Source: an uncultured Acidobacteriota bacterium (GTDB lineage: Bacteria; Acidobacteriota; Thermoanaerobaculia; Multivoradales; DATKCC01). Taken from it: 64,000 nucleotides of DNA. Shown here piece after piece: positions 1 to 9,540 of this stretch; position 1 is the stretch's first letter; the number at the start of each line of letters is the position of its first letter. Both the position numbers and the translations under genes were made by a program. Below the pieces are notes generated by a model that made no database searches, was not told the origin of the DNA, and was given only the letters and a program-made list of their open reading frames with translations. The DNA is taken from NCBI GenBank assembly GCA_963843755.1, contig CAWJLS010000002.1, positions 193,279 to 257,278 of the forward strand, read 5' to 3'.

Positions 1-869
1 CCGATCTGAAGGGCTTCCACTAGACAGTAGATAGGGGGCGTTCGCCGGGAGCGCGTGGGGAGGCACGGCTCCGGGACGGCGTGTGCGGGGTCGCGCGGGG
101 CGGGGCGAGGCGGGTCGGCCGGGGGACGCCCCCGCTGAGGACCGGCTCTCGCTTCGAAGAGTGATGAACCGGGTGCTCGCGCCTCGGTTCCGGCTCGCGG
201 CGCGGAGGCCTGTGTGCGGTCACCGCCCGCTGCGCGCGCTCGCCTCCAACGCCCTCTGCGGGGGCGTCCCCCGACCGACCCTGGTGGCCCGAAGCGTTCT
301 CTCTCTGTCCGGCGCCTCCCCCCCGCTCCACGATCGGACCGCCTGCCTCCTCCACCGACCGGCAATGGACTCCTGATTGAAGATCGTTCGGAGTGGGCGT
401 CAGATCCACAGCGATCGAGCGTCAGGATGGGTTGAGGAAGGGGGGGCGTCAGCCCAGCGTTCTTAGACCTTTCCGGGACTGGAGAGGGGTTCTCCACGCA
501 TCCCCCTGGGTCCCGACAGGCCCCAACCTCGGGTACCGTGCGGGATTGATCCACCGCCGGGTTGCCCATACCCCCTCGATGCTCGACCAGCCCCACCGTT
601 GAGTACCGCGGCGATCATCGTGGGGGAGGAGCGGGGCGGGAGGCCCGAGCTGGAGGGCGTTGAGGAGCGCGCCCGCGAGAGCGCCTGAGCAGACTGGCCA
701 GCCCGGCGCGCTCCGAACCGAGCCATGCGTTGATCCCCCAACCGTCCAGCTCGCATGGCGTCCCGGAGGCCGGGCCTCCCGGTCCGCTCCCGGCGACCCC
801 CTCGCCGAAGGACCTCCCCGCCGAAGGATCGCTGAAAGACCGCGACGCGAGCAGTACAATCAGCGGCCC

Positions 870-2246
870 ATGGAGAACCTGACCCTCTTCGACGAGACCT
901 ACTCGGTCTCGGACCTGTGCGAGGAGATCAAGGGGTTCTTGTCGACCACCTTCTCGTCGATCTGGGTGGCCGGGGAGGTCCAGCGCGTCCGCGAGAGCCG
1001 GCGCGGGCACCTCTACTTCGAGCTGGTCGAAAAGGGCGCCGGCGACGACATCCTCGGCAAGCTCGACTGCGTCCTCTGGCGCACCGACCACCAGCGGGTC
1101 CAGCGCATGCTCTCCCAGAGCGACCAGCGGATCGCCGAAGGGCTCCAGATGCGTGTCCGCGGCGGCGTCGACTTCTACCCGCCGGGCGGCCGCCTGCAGT
1201 TCGTCGTCCGCGAGGTCGATCCGCTGTTCACCGTCGGCCTGCTCGCCCAGCGCCGCCAGCAGACGCTCGAGGCGCTCGCCAGGGCCGGCCTCATGGAGCG
1301 CAACAAAGGGCTCGAGCTGCCCGAGGTGCCGCTCCGCCTGGGGCTGGTCACCTCCCACGGCAGCGCCGCCTACCACGACTTCCTCCACACCCTCGGCGAG
1401 AGCGCCTACGGCTTCCGGGTGCTGTTCGTCCATGCCGCGGTGCAGGGCAAGGGGGCCGAGGGGGAGCTGGTTTCGGCGCTCGCCGCGCTGGCCGGGGCGC
1501 CGATCGACTGTGCCGTCCTGATCCGCGGCGGCGGCTCGAAGACCGACCTGGCTGTGTTCGACAGCCGGCCGGTGGCCGAGGCGGTGGCGACGGCGCCGTT
1601 CCCGGTGCTGACCGGCCTGGGGCACGAGATCGACCAGTCGATCGCCGACCTGGTCGCCCACACGGCGCTCAAGACGCCGACCCGGGTGGCCGAGCACCTG
1701 ATCGACCGGGTGGCGCGGGCGGACCAGCGCCTCACCCTGGCCGTTCGCGATCTCAAGCGCGAGGCGGTCGAGCGGTTGCGGCGCGGGCGCGAGGCGCTGG
1801 GCAGCGCCGAACGGGGGGTGGAGCTGGCCCGCACGAAGGTGGCGGCCGCGGCCGGCCGTCTGGGTGAGCTCTCCCGGGCGCTGGGCCGCACGGGGCGGCT
1901 CCGCCTGGCCGGGGCCGCCGCCGGTGTGACGACGATCGCCCGGCGCCTGGGGGACGGGGCGCCCCGGCTGGTGGCCCGGCGCCGCGGTGCGCCGGATCAG
2001 CTCGCTCGCCGGCTGGTGGCGGTCGCCCGCGGGCGCCTGCGGGAGGCGCGGGCCACCGTCGACGGCCTCGACCGCCTGACCGGGGAGCTCGCCCCTCAAC
2101 GCGCCCTCGAACGGGGCTTCAGCATCACGCGCAGCGCCGCCGGGCGCGCGCTCCGGCAGCCGTCCGAGGCGGCGGCCGGCGAACGGATCACGACGCAACT
2201 GGCCGGCGGAACGCTGATCAGCCGAGTAGAAGAGGAGACGACATGA
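870..2246 (+). CDS. xseA: Exodeoxyribonuclease VII large subunit
   Basis: Lies in ORF 660..2246; the conserved part starts at ATG 870 (MENLTLFDETYSVSDLC). OB-fold-like N-terminus (IWVAGEVQRVRESRRGHLYFELVE). Core motifs LIRGGGSKTDL and GLGHEIDQS, then a long helical tail. ATGA overlap with xseB. Confidence 0.9.
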   Translation: MENLTLFDETYSVSDLCEEIKGFLSTTFSSIWVAGEVQRVRESRRGHLYFELVEKGAGDDILGKLDCVLWRTDHQRVQRMLSQSDQRIAEGLQMRVRGGVDFYPPGGRLQFVVREVDPLFTVGLLAQRRQQTLEALARAGLMERNKGLELPEVPLRLGLVTSHGSAAYHDFLHTLGESAYGFRVLFVHAAVQGKGAEGELVSALAALAGAPIDCAVLIRGGGSKTDLAVFDSRPVAEAVATAPFPVLTGLGHEIDQSIADLVAHTALKTPTRVAEHLIDRVARADQRLTLAVRDLKREAVERLRRGREALGSAERGVELARTKVAAAAGRLGELSRALGRTGRLRLAGAAAGVTTIARRLGDGAPRLVARRRGAPDQLARRLVAVARGRLREARATVDGLDRLTGELAPQRALERGFSITRSAAGRALRQPSEAAAGERITTQLAGGTLISRVEEETT

Positions 2247-2470
2247 GCGACGAGCGGACGATCGAGGACCTCAAGTTCGGTGAGGCGATGGAGGAGCTCG
2301 AGGCGATCCTGCGGCGGATCGAGGAGGAGGAGATCGACATCGACTCCCTCGCCGAGGAGCTCAAGCGGGCGACCGCCCTGCTCGAGCTGTGCCGCGGCAA
2401 GATCAGGAAGGCCGAGGTCGAGGTGACCCAGATCGTCCAGGGCCTGGAAGAGGAGGAGGCGGAGGGCTGA
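2243..2470 (+). CDS. xseB: Exodeoxyribonuclease VII small subunit
   Basis: 75-aa acidic helical protein (FGEAMEELEAILRRIEEEEIDIDSL...). Translationally coupled to xseA. Confidence 0.9.
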   Translation: MSDERTIEDLKFGEAMEELEAILRRIEEEEIDIDSLAEELKRATALLELCRGKIRKAEVEVTQIVQGLEEEEAEG

Positions 2471-2474
2471 CCCG

Positions 2475-2532
2475 GGTCGCCCCCCAATCCCTCGATCCCT
2501 TTCCCGCCCTCGCGGGGGGAAAGGGACGCCCC
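2475..2532. repeat. GC-rich palindromic REP-like element, copy 1
   Basis: 9-bp stem CCCTTTCCC/GGGAAAGGG. Nearly the same 58-mer occurs in inverted orientation at 6296..6354. Sits between the convergent xseB and 2580..3146 genes. Confidence 0.5.
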
Positions 2533-2579
2533 CGCCCGGGAGGGCACGTGGGATCTCGTTCGGTGGATCAGCCCGGCTT

Positions 2580-3146
2580 TCAGCCGCCGAAGGCGCGCTC
2601 CAGCTTCGCCAGCATCTCCTTCTCGGCGGAGGAGACCTTCCTGACGCCGAGGAACCCGCCGGCGGCCTCGGCCACATGGCGGGCGCGCGCCAGCAGGTCG
2701 TCGCGCAGCGTGTCGCGCTCGACCGGATCGAGCGTCGCCGAAAGCTCCTCCACGTAGGCCGTCCAGGCCGCGAGCAGGGCCGCCGGCGGCTTTTCGCTCA
2801 GCCACTCGTCGAGCAGCGTCCGCGCCGGGCTGTCCGGCTCGACGCCCGACTCCTCGGCGGCCCGGAGCACCGCGGCGTGCTCGTCCTCGTGGACGACCCG
2901 GTCGGCCCAGGCGACCTCGACCAGCGGCACCAGCCCGAGGGCGGCCACGGTCTCGGGCGACAGGCCGTGCTCGGCCAGCGTGTCGAGCACCGCGGGCTCG
3001 TGGATCCCGGACGCCGCCGCCAGCGCTTCCCGCATCGAGCGCTCCCGCGCCTTCTCCAGGAGCTTGCGTTCATGGTTGGCGAAAAACGCCTCTTCCAGGG
3101 CCCGGCCCCGGTTGCCCAGCGCTTGGGTCTTGCTTCGTCCGGCCAT
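2580..3146 (-). CDS. Hypothetical protein (TerB-like helical protein suspected)
   Basis: Lies in ORF 2580..3266. ATG 3146 (MAGRSKTQALGN) follows GAGAGGA. Non-Arg/Pro-biased composition, unlike the overlapping frames. The family call is from memory of similar sequences only. Confidence 0.5.
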   Translation of the reverse strand: MAGRSKTQALGNRGRALEEAFFANHERKLLEKARERSMREALAAASGIHEPAVLDTLAEHGLSPETVAALGLVPLVEVAWADRVVHEDEHAAVLRAAEESGVEPDSPARTLLDEWLSEKPPAALLAAWTAYVEELSATLDPVERDTLRDDLLARARHVAEAAGGFLGVRKVSSAEKEMLAKLERAFGG

Positions 3147-3264
3147 CGGTGATCCTCTCGGTGGTCGTTGGTGGTGGAGCCTGCGTGGCCCGGATTGTAC
3201 TTGGATTCCCGTGATAGCGTCCGCTCCGTTCATCCGGTCCATCGACTGCACGGGAGGTGCCCTC

Positions 3265-4095
3265 ATGACCGACGGTTCGTATCAGACTCCCCCGCCCCCG
3301 CCCCCTGGCCCGTCCTCCGCTCAGGGCGCTCCGCCGCCCGTTGCCCAACAGAAGAAGGGCCTGTCGCCGCTCGCCTGGATCGGCATCGGCTGTGGCGGCA
3401 TCGTTCTGGTCGGCCTGATCGCCTTCGTCATCGTCGGCGGCTGGCTGTTCGGCAAGGCCAAGGACGCGGCCAAGGACTTCCAGGACAACCCGGCCATGGC
3501 CTCGGCCAAGACGATCGTCAAGCTGAACCCGGAGCTGGAGCTGGTCTCCTCCGACGACGACGCCGGCACGCTCACGGTCCGGAACAAGAAGACCGGCGAG
3601 GTGGCGACCGTCGATCTCAAGGACGTGGAGAAGGGGCAGATCTCCTTCAAGTCGGGCGACCAGGAGATGACCGTCGGCATGGACAAGGACGACAAAGGGG
3701 GTGGCGCCTTCACGGTCCGCGACAAGGAAGGCAAGCAGCGCTTCCGGATCGGATCGGGCGGCGGCGACCAGTTGCCGGCCTGGATCCCGAGCTATCCGGA
3801 CCACGAGCCGGAGGGCACCTTCCTGTCGAGCTCCGATGGTCAGACCGCCGGCGGCTTCGGCTTCAAGACCGACGATGGCGTGGACGACGTCATCTCGTTC
3901 TACGAAGACACGCTCAAAGGAGACGGCTTCGAGATCAAAGGCCGCAACTCGATGCAGAGCGGCGACGCCGTGACCAAGACCATCAGCGCCCAGAAGGACG
4001 ATCGCACGATCCAGGTGATCGTGAGCGCCGGCGGTTCGGACGACGGTGGAAGCCAGATCGCGGTGACCTTCTCGGACAAGACGGACGCCCAGTAG
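3265..4095 (+). CDS. Membrane-anchored hypothetical protein
   Basis: ATG 3265 (MTDGSYQTPPPPPPGP) within ORF 2980..4095. Pro-rich N-terminus, one TM helix (LAWIGIGCGGIVLVGLIAFVIVGGWLF), then a soluble D/K/G-rich domain. Confidence 0.6.
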   Translation: MTDGSYQTPPPPPPGPSSAQGAPPPVAQQKKGLSPLAWIGIGCGGIVLVGLIAFVIVGGWLFGKAKDAAKDFQDNPAMASAKTIVKLNPELELVSSDDDAGTLTVRNKKTGEVATVDLKDVEKGQISFKSGDQEMTVGMDKDDKGGGAFTVRDKEGKQRFRIGSGGGDQLPAWIPSYPDHEPEGTFLSSSDGQTAGGFGFKTDDGVDDVISFYEDTLKGDGFEIKGRNSMQSGDAVTKTISAQKDDRTIQVIVSAGGSDDGGSQIAVTFSDKTDAQ

Positions 4096-4146
4096 GCCCG
4101 GAGCTGGAACGGCGGGGTGGCGGGCCGGGATGGCGCCGCGCCCGGT

Positions 4147-6237
4147 CTAGCGATACCGCTCGCGGAGCGCCCGGATCTCCTTCGCCCCGCCGATCACCGT
4201 CAGCCGGTCGCCGGCCTCGAGCACCGTGGCGCCACGCGGAACCCTGAGCTCCCCGTGGCGCCGCACCAGCGCCACCAGCACGCCCTCGGGCAGCGAGACA
4301 TCCCGGAGCGGGCGGCCGACGAGCTCCGCGCTCGGGCCGTCCGCCTGGAGCCGCAGCTTCATGTAGCGGTCCTCGTGCAGCAGGGTCTCCTTGAGCACCT
4401 GCTGGTTGCGGGCGCCGAGCCAGCTCTCCATGAACGTGTCGTCGTCCGCGTGCTCGGCGATCTGGGCCAGGATGCGCAGGTGCTGCTTCGGCGCTTCCTC
4501 CGGGGAGACCAGGAAGAAGAGGGCGTGGATCGGCTCGTCCGCGGCGTGGGCACCGTGGACGTCGATCACCTCGATCCGCACGCCGGCCTTCGCGCGCACC
4601 ATGACCATCTCGGGCAGCTCCATGCCGAAGAGTCGGAGATGGGGGAGGGAGACCCCCTTGGCCACCGGCGTGACGCCGATCCGCGTGCCTTCCAGGAAGC
4701 CCTCGACGAGCTCCTTCTCGGACGCCGGCACCCGCGGCTCGAGCACCTTCGACACCTGCCAGACCAGGTCTTCGAACGCCACTTCGTCTGCGGAGCCCAG
4801 GTCGAGGACCGACGCCCGCGCCACCACCTCTTCGAACGGGTCCTCCTCCCGCAGGCCCTTCTCGCGCAGGATCTGGCGCAGCTCCGGGTCGAGGCCGGCG
4901 TCCAGCCGCTGCTGCCCGAGGCGGGCGAAGATGTGGAACAGCGCGCCGCTCCGCGCCACCCGGTAGCGGCCGTAGTAGGCAAACAGCGCGACCCCGGCGA
5001 CGACGAACAGCGCCATGACGAGCATCGCCATGCCGCCCATCTCGGCGATCAGCAGCAGCGGGGTGACGATGCCGAGGATCTGCATCCACGGGTAGAACGG
5101 GCTGTGGTAGCCGGGGTCGTACGACTCGATGCGGCTCTCGCGCATGACGATCACCGCCAGGCAGATCAGGGCGAACATCAGGAGCTGGAAAGCGCTCGCC
5201 AGCTTGGCGATCTTCGTCGGATCGAGGAAGGCGAGGATCGCGACGATCGCCGCCACCGTGGTGACGATCGCCACCGTCGGGATGCGGGCGCCGGAGAGCC
5301 GGCGAAAGACGCGCGGGACCAGGTGGTCGCGGCTCATGGCGAGCGGATAGCGCGACGCGCTCATCGTGCCCGCGTTGGCCACCGACGTGAACGCCAGGAG
5401 CGCCGCGACGGAGACCACGATCACGCCCCACCGGCCGAAGAGATGATCCGCCGCCGTGGCGACCGGCGTCAGGTCGCCGCGTAGCGTCTCCATCGGCACC
5501 GTGCCGACCATCACCGCGGTACCCAGGCCGTAGACCACCATCGCCGTGCCCAGGGCGAGGAAGACGCCGAGCGGCAAGTTGCGCTCCGGGTCCTTCACCT
5601 CCTCGGACATGCTGGCGATGTGGGTCACCCCGACGTAGCTGATGTAGACCAGCCCGGCGGTCGAGAGCAGGGCGCTCGAGCCGGCGTCGAAGAACCCCTG
5701 GAAGTGCTCCGGGCGGATGCGCGGCACGCCGCCGCCGACGAACACCGCCAGGATCGCCATCAGGCCGAGCACCAGGAAGGTCTGGAGGCTGCCGCTCTTC
5801 TTCGCGCCGAACAGGTTCAGGGCGCCGAGGGCGATGGCCAGCCCGATCGCCAGCTCGGTGATCGGCAGGTCGGGGACGAACAGGCCGATGTAGGCGCCCA
5901 TGCCGACCAGGGCGAAGGCGACCTTGAGCATCAGCGCCATCCAGGTACCGATCCCGCCGATGGTGCCGACCATCGGACCGAGGCTGCGGTCGAGGAAGTA
6001 GTAGACGCCGCCGGCCCGCGGCATCGCCGTGGCCAGCTCCGCGATGCTGAACATGGCCGGGATCAACGGCACCGCGGCGAGCATGTAGGCCAGCACCAGC
6101 CCGGGCCCCGCCTGCTCGGCGGCCAGCCCCGGGAGCAGGAAAAACCCCGCCGAGAGCGTCGTGCCGGTCGCGACGGCGTAGACGTCGAACAGGCCGAGCT
6201 CCTTCTTCAGCCGGCGTTTCTTGGAGATCTGGACCAT
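4147..6237 (-). CDS. APC-family amino acid permease with C-terminal regulatory domains (EIIA-like plus TrkA-C/RCK_C-like)
   Basis: 696 aa with a polytopic N-terminus (LGLFDVYAVATGTTLSAGFFLLPG...). Soluble C-terminus ends with the RCK_C-like LVGRPLRDVSLPEGVLVALVRRHGELRVPRGATVLEAGDRLTVIG. Confidence 0.85.
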   Translation of the reverse strand: MVQISKKRRLKKELGLFDVYAVATGTTLSAGFFLLPGLAAEQAGPGLVLAYMLAAVPLIPAMFSIAELATAMPRAGGVYYFLDRSLGPMVGTIGGIGTWMALMLKVAFALVGMGAYIGLFVPDLPITELAIGLAIALGALNLFGAKKSGSLQTFLVLGLMAILAVFVGGGVPRIRPEHFQGFFDAGSSALLSTAGLVYISYVGVTHIASMSEEVKDPERNLPLGVFLALGTAMVVYGLGTAVMVGTVPMETLRGDLTPVATAADHLFGRWGVIVVSVAALLAFTSVANAGTMSASRYPLAMSRDHLVPRVFRRLSGARIPTVAIVTTVAAIVAILAFLDPTKIAKLASAFQLLMFALICLAVIVMRESRIESYDPGYHSPFYPWMQILGIVTPLLLIAEMGGMAMLVMALFVVAGVALFAYYGRYRVARSGALFHIFARLGQQRLDAGLDPELRQILREKGLREEDPFEEVVARASVLDLGSADEVAFEDLVWQVSKVLEPRVPASEKELVEGFLEGTRIGVTPVAKGVSLPHLRLFGMELPEMVMVRAKAGVRIEVIDVHGAHAADEPIHALFFLVSPEEAPKQHLRILAQIAEHADDDTFMESWLGARNQQVLKETLLHEDRYMKLRLQADGPSAELVGRPLRDVSLPEGVLVALVRRHGELRVPRGATVLEAGDRLTVIGGAKEIRALRERYR

Positions 6238-6295
6238 GCCTCAGAGTCTCGAAAAGTTGCCGAACCCTATCAGAGGGCGATTGGCCCCGACGGGC

Positions 6296-6354
6296 GGAGG
6301 CGTCCCCTTCCCCCCGGAGGGTGGGAAGGGGATCGAGGGGATGGGGGGAGATCC
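6296..6354. repeat. GC-rich palindromic REP-like element, copy 2 (inverted)
   Basis: Its reverse complement aligns base-for-base with 2475..2532 apart from a handful of substitutions. Stem CCCCTTCCC/GGGAAGGGG. Lies in the divergent region between the permease and the peptidase. Confidence 0.5.
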
Positions 6355-6389
6355 AGTCGATGGGCCGATCCGATAGATTCGGACCCGCC

Positions 6390-8525
6390 ATGCGAACAGC
6401 CATTCCCACTGTCCTCCTGGCGGCGGCCCTCGCCATCCCGGCGCCGGCCTCCGCCCAGGAAGGCTCCGCCGCCCTCTCGCCGCGCAACGCCTCCTACGAC
6501 CTCGAGGTCCGCCTCGATCCGGAGGCGCGCACTCTCGACGGCCATCAGGTCCTCACCTGGACCAACATCACCGACACCCCGACGGACGAGCTCCGGTTCC
6601 ACCTCTACTGGAACGCCTGGCGCAACGACCGCTCCACCTGGATGCGCGAGGCGCGGTTGACCCATCGCCTCGCGACCGACGTCCGCGAGGAGGACTGGGG
6701 CTGGATGAAGGTCGACCGCATCCGCCTGCTCGGTTCTCCTCCCGGTGTCGGAGGGGAGGGCCCCGCCGGCCCCGACGAGGTCGCGGAGGACCTCACCGGC
6801 GACGCCACCTACGCCGCGCCGGACGACGGCAACCCGGACGACCGGACGGTCCTGGTCGTGCCCCTGGGCCGGAGCGTGGCGCCGGGGGAGACGGTCCGCC
6901 TGGCCATGGACTGGCACTCGCAGGTGCCGCGCACCTTCGCCCGCACCGGCTACCGCGGCGACTTCTACCTGATCGCCCAGTGGTTTCCGAAGCTCGGCGT
7001 CTTCCAGGGGGCCGATGGCTGGAACTGCCACCAGTTCCACTCGAACACCGAGTTCTTCTCCGACTACGGTGTCTACCGGGTCGACATCACCCTGCCGAAG
7101 CGGTTCGTGGTCGGGGCGACCGGGGTCGAGACCGCCAGCGAGGACGCCGGGGAGGGCTTCGTCACCCACCGCTACGAGCAGGCGGACGTCCACGCCTTCA
7201 CCTGGACCGCCTCGCCGGCCTACCTCGAGGCGACCGACCGGTTCGAGGTCGCGGGGCTGCCGCCGGTCGACCTGCGGCTGCTCTACCAGCCGGAGCACTC
7301 CGACCAGGTGGCGCGCCACTTCGCCGCCACCAAGACGGCCCTCGAGCTCTACGGCACCTGGTACGGCCCCTACCCGTACGACCACCTGACGATCATCGAT
7401 CCGGCGTGGCAGAGCGGCGCCGGGGGGATGGAGTACCCGACGCTGTTCACCGCCGGCACCCGGCTGTTCAACCCGATGGGTAGCGGCGACCCGGAAGGGG
7501 TGACCATCCACGAGTGCGGGCATCAGTTCTGGTACGCCATCGTCGGCAACAACGAGACCGAGGACGCCTGGCTGGACGAGGGGCTCAACACCTTCTCGGA
7601 CGGCCGCGCCGAGAAAGAGCGCTACGGCGACGAAGCCCTGGTCGAGCGCTACCTCGCGCCGCCCGGGACCGACTGGCGGGGCTTCCTGCCGGTGCTCTTC
7701 CCCGAGATCCAACAGAGTCTGCTGGTCGGACGGATGAATCGCTTCCGGCGCCACGCCGACTGGGACGTGCCGTCGACCCACACCTACCTCTACTACCCGG
7801 GGAGCCACGGTGACATCACCTACTCGAAGACCATGCTGTGGCTCTCGACCCTGGAGCGCTACCTCGGCTGGGACGCGCTCCAGGACATCCTCTCCACCTT
7901 CTTCACGCGCTACGCCTTCCACCACCCGACGCCGGACGACTTCTTCGCGGTAGCCAACGAGGTGGCGGCGCGGCGCTTCGGCAACCCTGATGGGGAGGCC
8001 GGGGCTGCCAGCGGAGGAGCCGCCGATCCACGCGCCGACCTCACCTGGTTCTTCGACCAGGTCTACCGGAGCTCGGTGACCTTCGACTACCAGGTGCTGC
8101 GGGCGGACAGCTTCGCCCTCGAGCCGCGGGGGTTCGAGGAGCAGGACGGCAAGATGGTCTACGTCGGCGACGCGGACGACGATCCGGACGACGAAGACGG
8201 CGGGACGACCTACCGTTCGGAGGTCGTCGTCCGTCACGACGGCCAGGGGGTCTTCCCGGTCGACGTCCAGATGGTGTTCGAGGATGGCTCCGAGATGCGC
8301 GAGCACTGGGACGGCCGCGCGCGCTGGCGGCTGTTCGTCCACGAGGGCCCGTCGAAGCTCGAGTACGCCGTGGTCGACCCGGACCGGGTGCTGCAGCTCG
8401 ACCTCCACCCGTCGAACAACAGCCGCCTGGTGGAGGAGGGCTCGCACCTGGCCTCGGTCAAATGGGCCTCGAAGTGGATGCTCTGGCTCCAGGATTTCCT
8501 CGAGAGCGTCGCGTCCTTCGTCTGA
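6390..8525 (+). CDS. Secreted M1-family (gluzincin) metallopeptidase
   Basis: ATG 6390 gives the signal peptide MRTAIPTVLLAAALAIPAPASAQ. HECGHQFWY ... WLDEGLNTF is the HExxH plus downstream E signature. Confidence 0.85.
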   Translation: MRTAIPTVLLAAALAIPAPASAQEGSAALSPRNASYDLEVRLDPEARTLDGHQVLTWTNITDTPTDELRFHLYWNAWRNDRSTWMREARLTHRLATDVREEDWGWMKVDRIRLLGSPPGVGGEGPAGPDEVAEDLTGDATYAAPDDGNPDDRTVLVVPLGRSVAPGETVRLAMDWHSQVPRTFARTGYRGDFYLIAQWFPKLGVFQGADGWNCHQFHSNTEFFSDYGVYRVDITLPKRFVVGATGVETASEDAGEGFVTHRYEQADVHAFTWTASPAYLEATDRFEVAGLPPVDLRLLYQPEHSDQVARHFAATKTALELYGTWYGPYPYDHLTIIDPAWQSGAGGMEYPTLFTAGTRLFNPMGSGDPEGVTIHECGHQFWYAIVGNNETEDAWLDEGLNTFSDGRAEKERYGDEALVERYLAPPGTDWRGFLPVLFPEIQQSLLVGRMNRFRRHADWDVPSTHTYLYYPGSHGDITYSKTMLWLSTLERYLGWDALQDILSTFFTRYAFHHPTPDDFFAVANEVAARRFGNPDGEAGAASGGAADPRADLTWFFDQVYRSSVTFDYQVLRADSFALEPRGFEEQDGKMVYVGDADDDPDDEDGGTTYRSEVVVRHDGQGVFPVDVQMVFEDGSEMREHWDGRARWRLFVHEGPSKLEYAVVDPDRVLQLDLHPSNNSRLVEEGSHLASVKWASKWMLWLQDFLESVASFV

Positions 8526-8547
8526 ACGGGAAGAGGAGCTTAGAGAG

Positions 8548-9540
8548 ATGAGTCTGTTCCGCGCCATCCGTCAAGGCATCGTCCGCGCCGGCTCCGCGCC
8601 GGCCCTGCTCGCGCTCCTGTGGGCGCTCAACCTGCTGGTCGCCCTGCCGTTCGCCGCCACCCTCGCCGGCTCGATCGACGACTCGGTGAGCCACCGGCTC
8701 GTCCAACGTGATCTGGCCGAGGGGGCGGCCGGCGGTGCCCCGGAGTGGTTCGGCGAGCTCGAGGCCGGGTCCCCGGCCGGCGGCTTCGAGCAGACCTTCG
8801 GCCCGGGCATCGTCGGCGTCGGAGCGTTCCTCAAGAACCTCGACGCCTGGTGGAGCGGGCGCCTGTTCGAGCCCGGGTTCACCGGCGGCTGGGGGCTGCT
8901 CGCCGCGGGAGCGCTCTACGTCCTTGCCTGGTCGCTGCTCCTGGGCGGCGTGATCGACCGGCTGGCCGGGCGTGGCGGCCCGGCCTGGCGGTTGCCGTTG
9001 CGTGAGCTGCTGTCCGCCGGGGCCCGTTTCTTCTCGCGCTTCGTCCGCCTGGCCGTGCTCGCCGGCGTGCTCTACCTGCTGGTCTTCCTCGGCGCCCGCT
9101 GGCTGTTCGGGATGATCGAGGAGGCGGCCCGGGACGTGACCGTCGAGCGCACGGCGCTCCTCTGGACGCTGGCCGGCGTCGCCCTGGTCGTCCTGGTGCT
9201 GGCGGTGGTGCGGACCGCCTTCGACTACGCCAAGGTGGCGGTGGTCCTGGACGATCGCCGGAGCACCCTCGGCGCGGTGCTCTCCGGCTTCGGCTTCGTC
9301 GTCCGCCATCCGGCCAAGACCCTCGGGCTGTTCGCCGCCTTCGCCGTCGCCGGCCTGCTGCTGCTCTGGCTCTACGGTGTGATCGCCCCGACGGCCGGGC
9401 CGGCGAGCTGGGCCGGTGTCGCCGCGGCGTTCGTCTTCGGCCAGCTCGCCCTCGGTACGCGTCTCGCCCTGCGCCTGGCGACCCTCGGAGGCGAGACGGC
9501 GCTCTACGGCGCAGAGGGCGGTTCGGGCGGCACTACGTGA
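8548..9540 (+). CDS. Polytopic membrane protein, hypothetical
   Basis: ATG 8548 (MSLFRAIRQGIV) within ORF 8284..9540, with several hydrophobic helices. Its stop overlaps the kinase GTG start (GTGA). Confidence 0.6.
   Translation: MSLFRAIRQGIVRAGSAPALLALLWALNLLVALPFAATLAGSIDDSVSHRLVQRDLAEGAAGGAPEWFGELEAGSPAGGFEQTFGPGIVGVGAFLKNLDAWWSGRLFEPGFTGGWGLLAAGALYVLAWSLLLGGVIDRLAGRGGPAWRLPLRELLSAGARFFSRFVRLAVLAGVLYLLVFLGARWLFGMIEEAARDVTVERTALLWTLAGVALVVLVLAVVRTAFDYAKVAVVLDDRRSTLGAVLSGFGFVVRHPAKTLGLFAAFAVAGLLLLWLYGVIAPTAGPASWAGVAAAFVFGQLALGTRLALRLATLGGETALYGAEGGSGGTT

Noticed and set aside
1-660. Several 70-136-aa ORFs on both strands at the left edge, and possible structured RNA
   Set aside because: All the translations are Arg/Pro-rich noise. 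I could not recognise tRNA, tmRNA, RNase P or riboswitch signatures by eye, so the region is left unannotated.
615-2198. 527-aa minus-strand ORF antisense to xseA; similar long antisense or out-of-frame ORFs occur at 3983..6487, 6270..8567, 9504..11651, 13549..15153, 15475..17316, 27484..28857, 31274..32710, 40987..42375, 51465..52733, 53498..54979, 55956..57734, 58659..60908 and 61923..63740
   Set aside because: Their Arg/Pro/Gly/Ala-dominated, low-complexity translations are typical of shadow frames in high-GC DNA. Each overlaps a gene on the opposite strand or in another frame that has clear family motifs.
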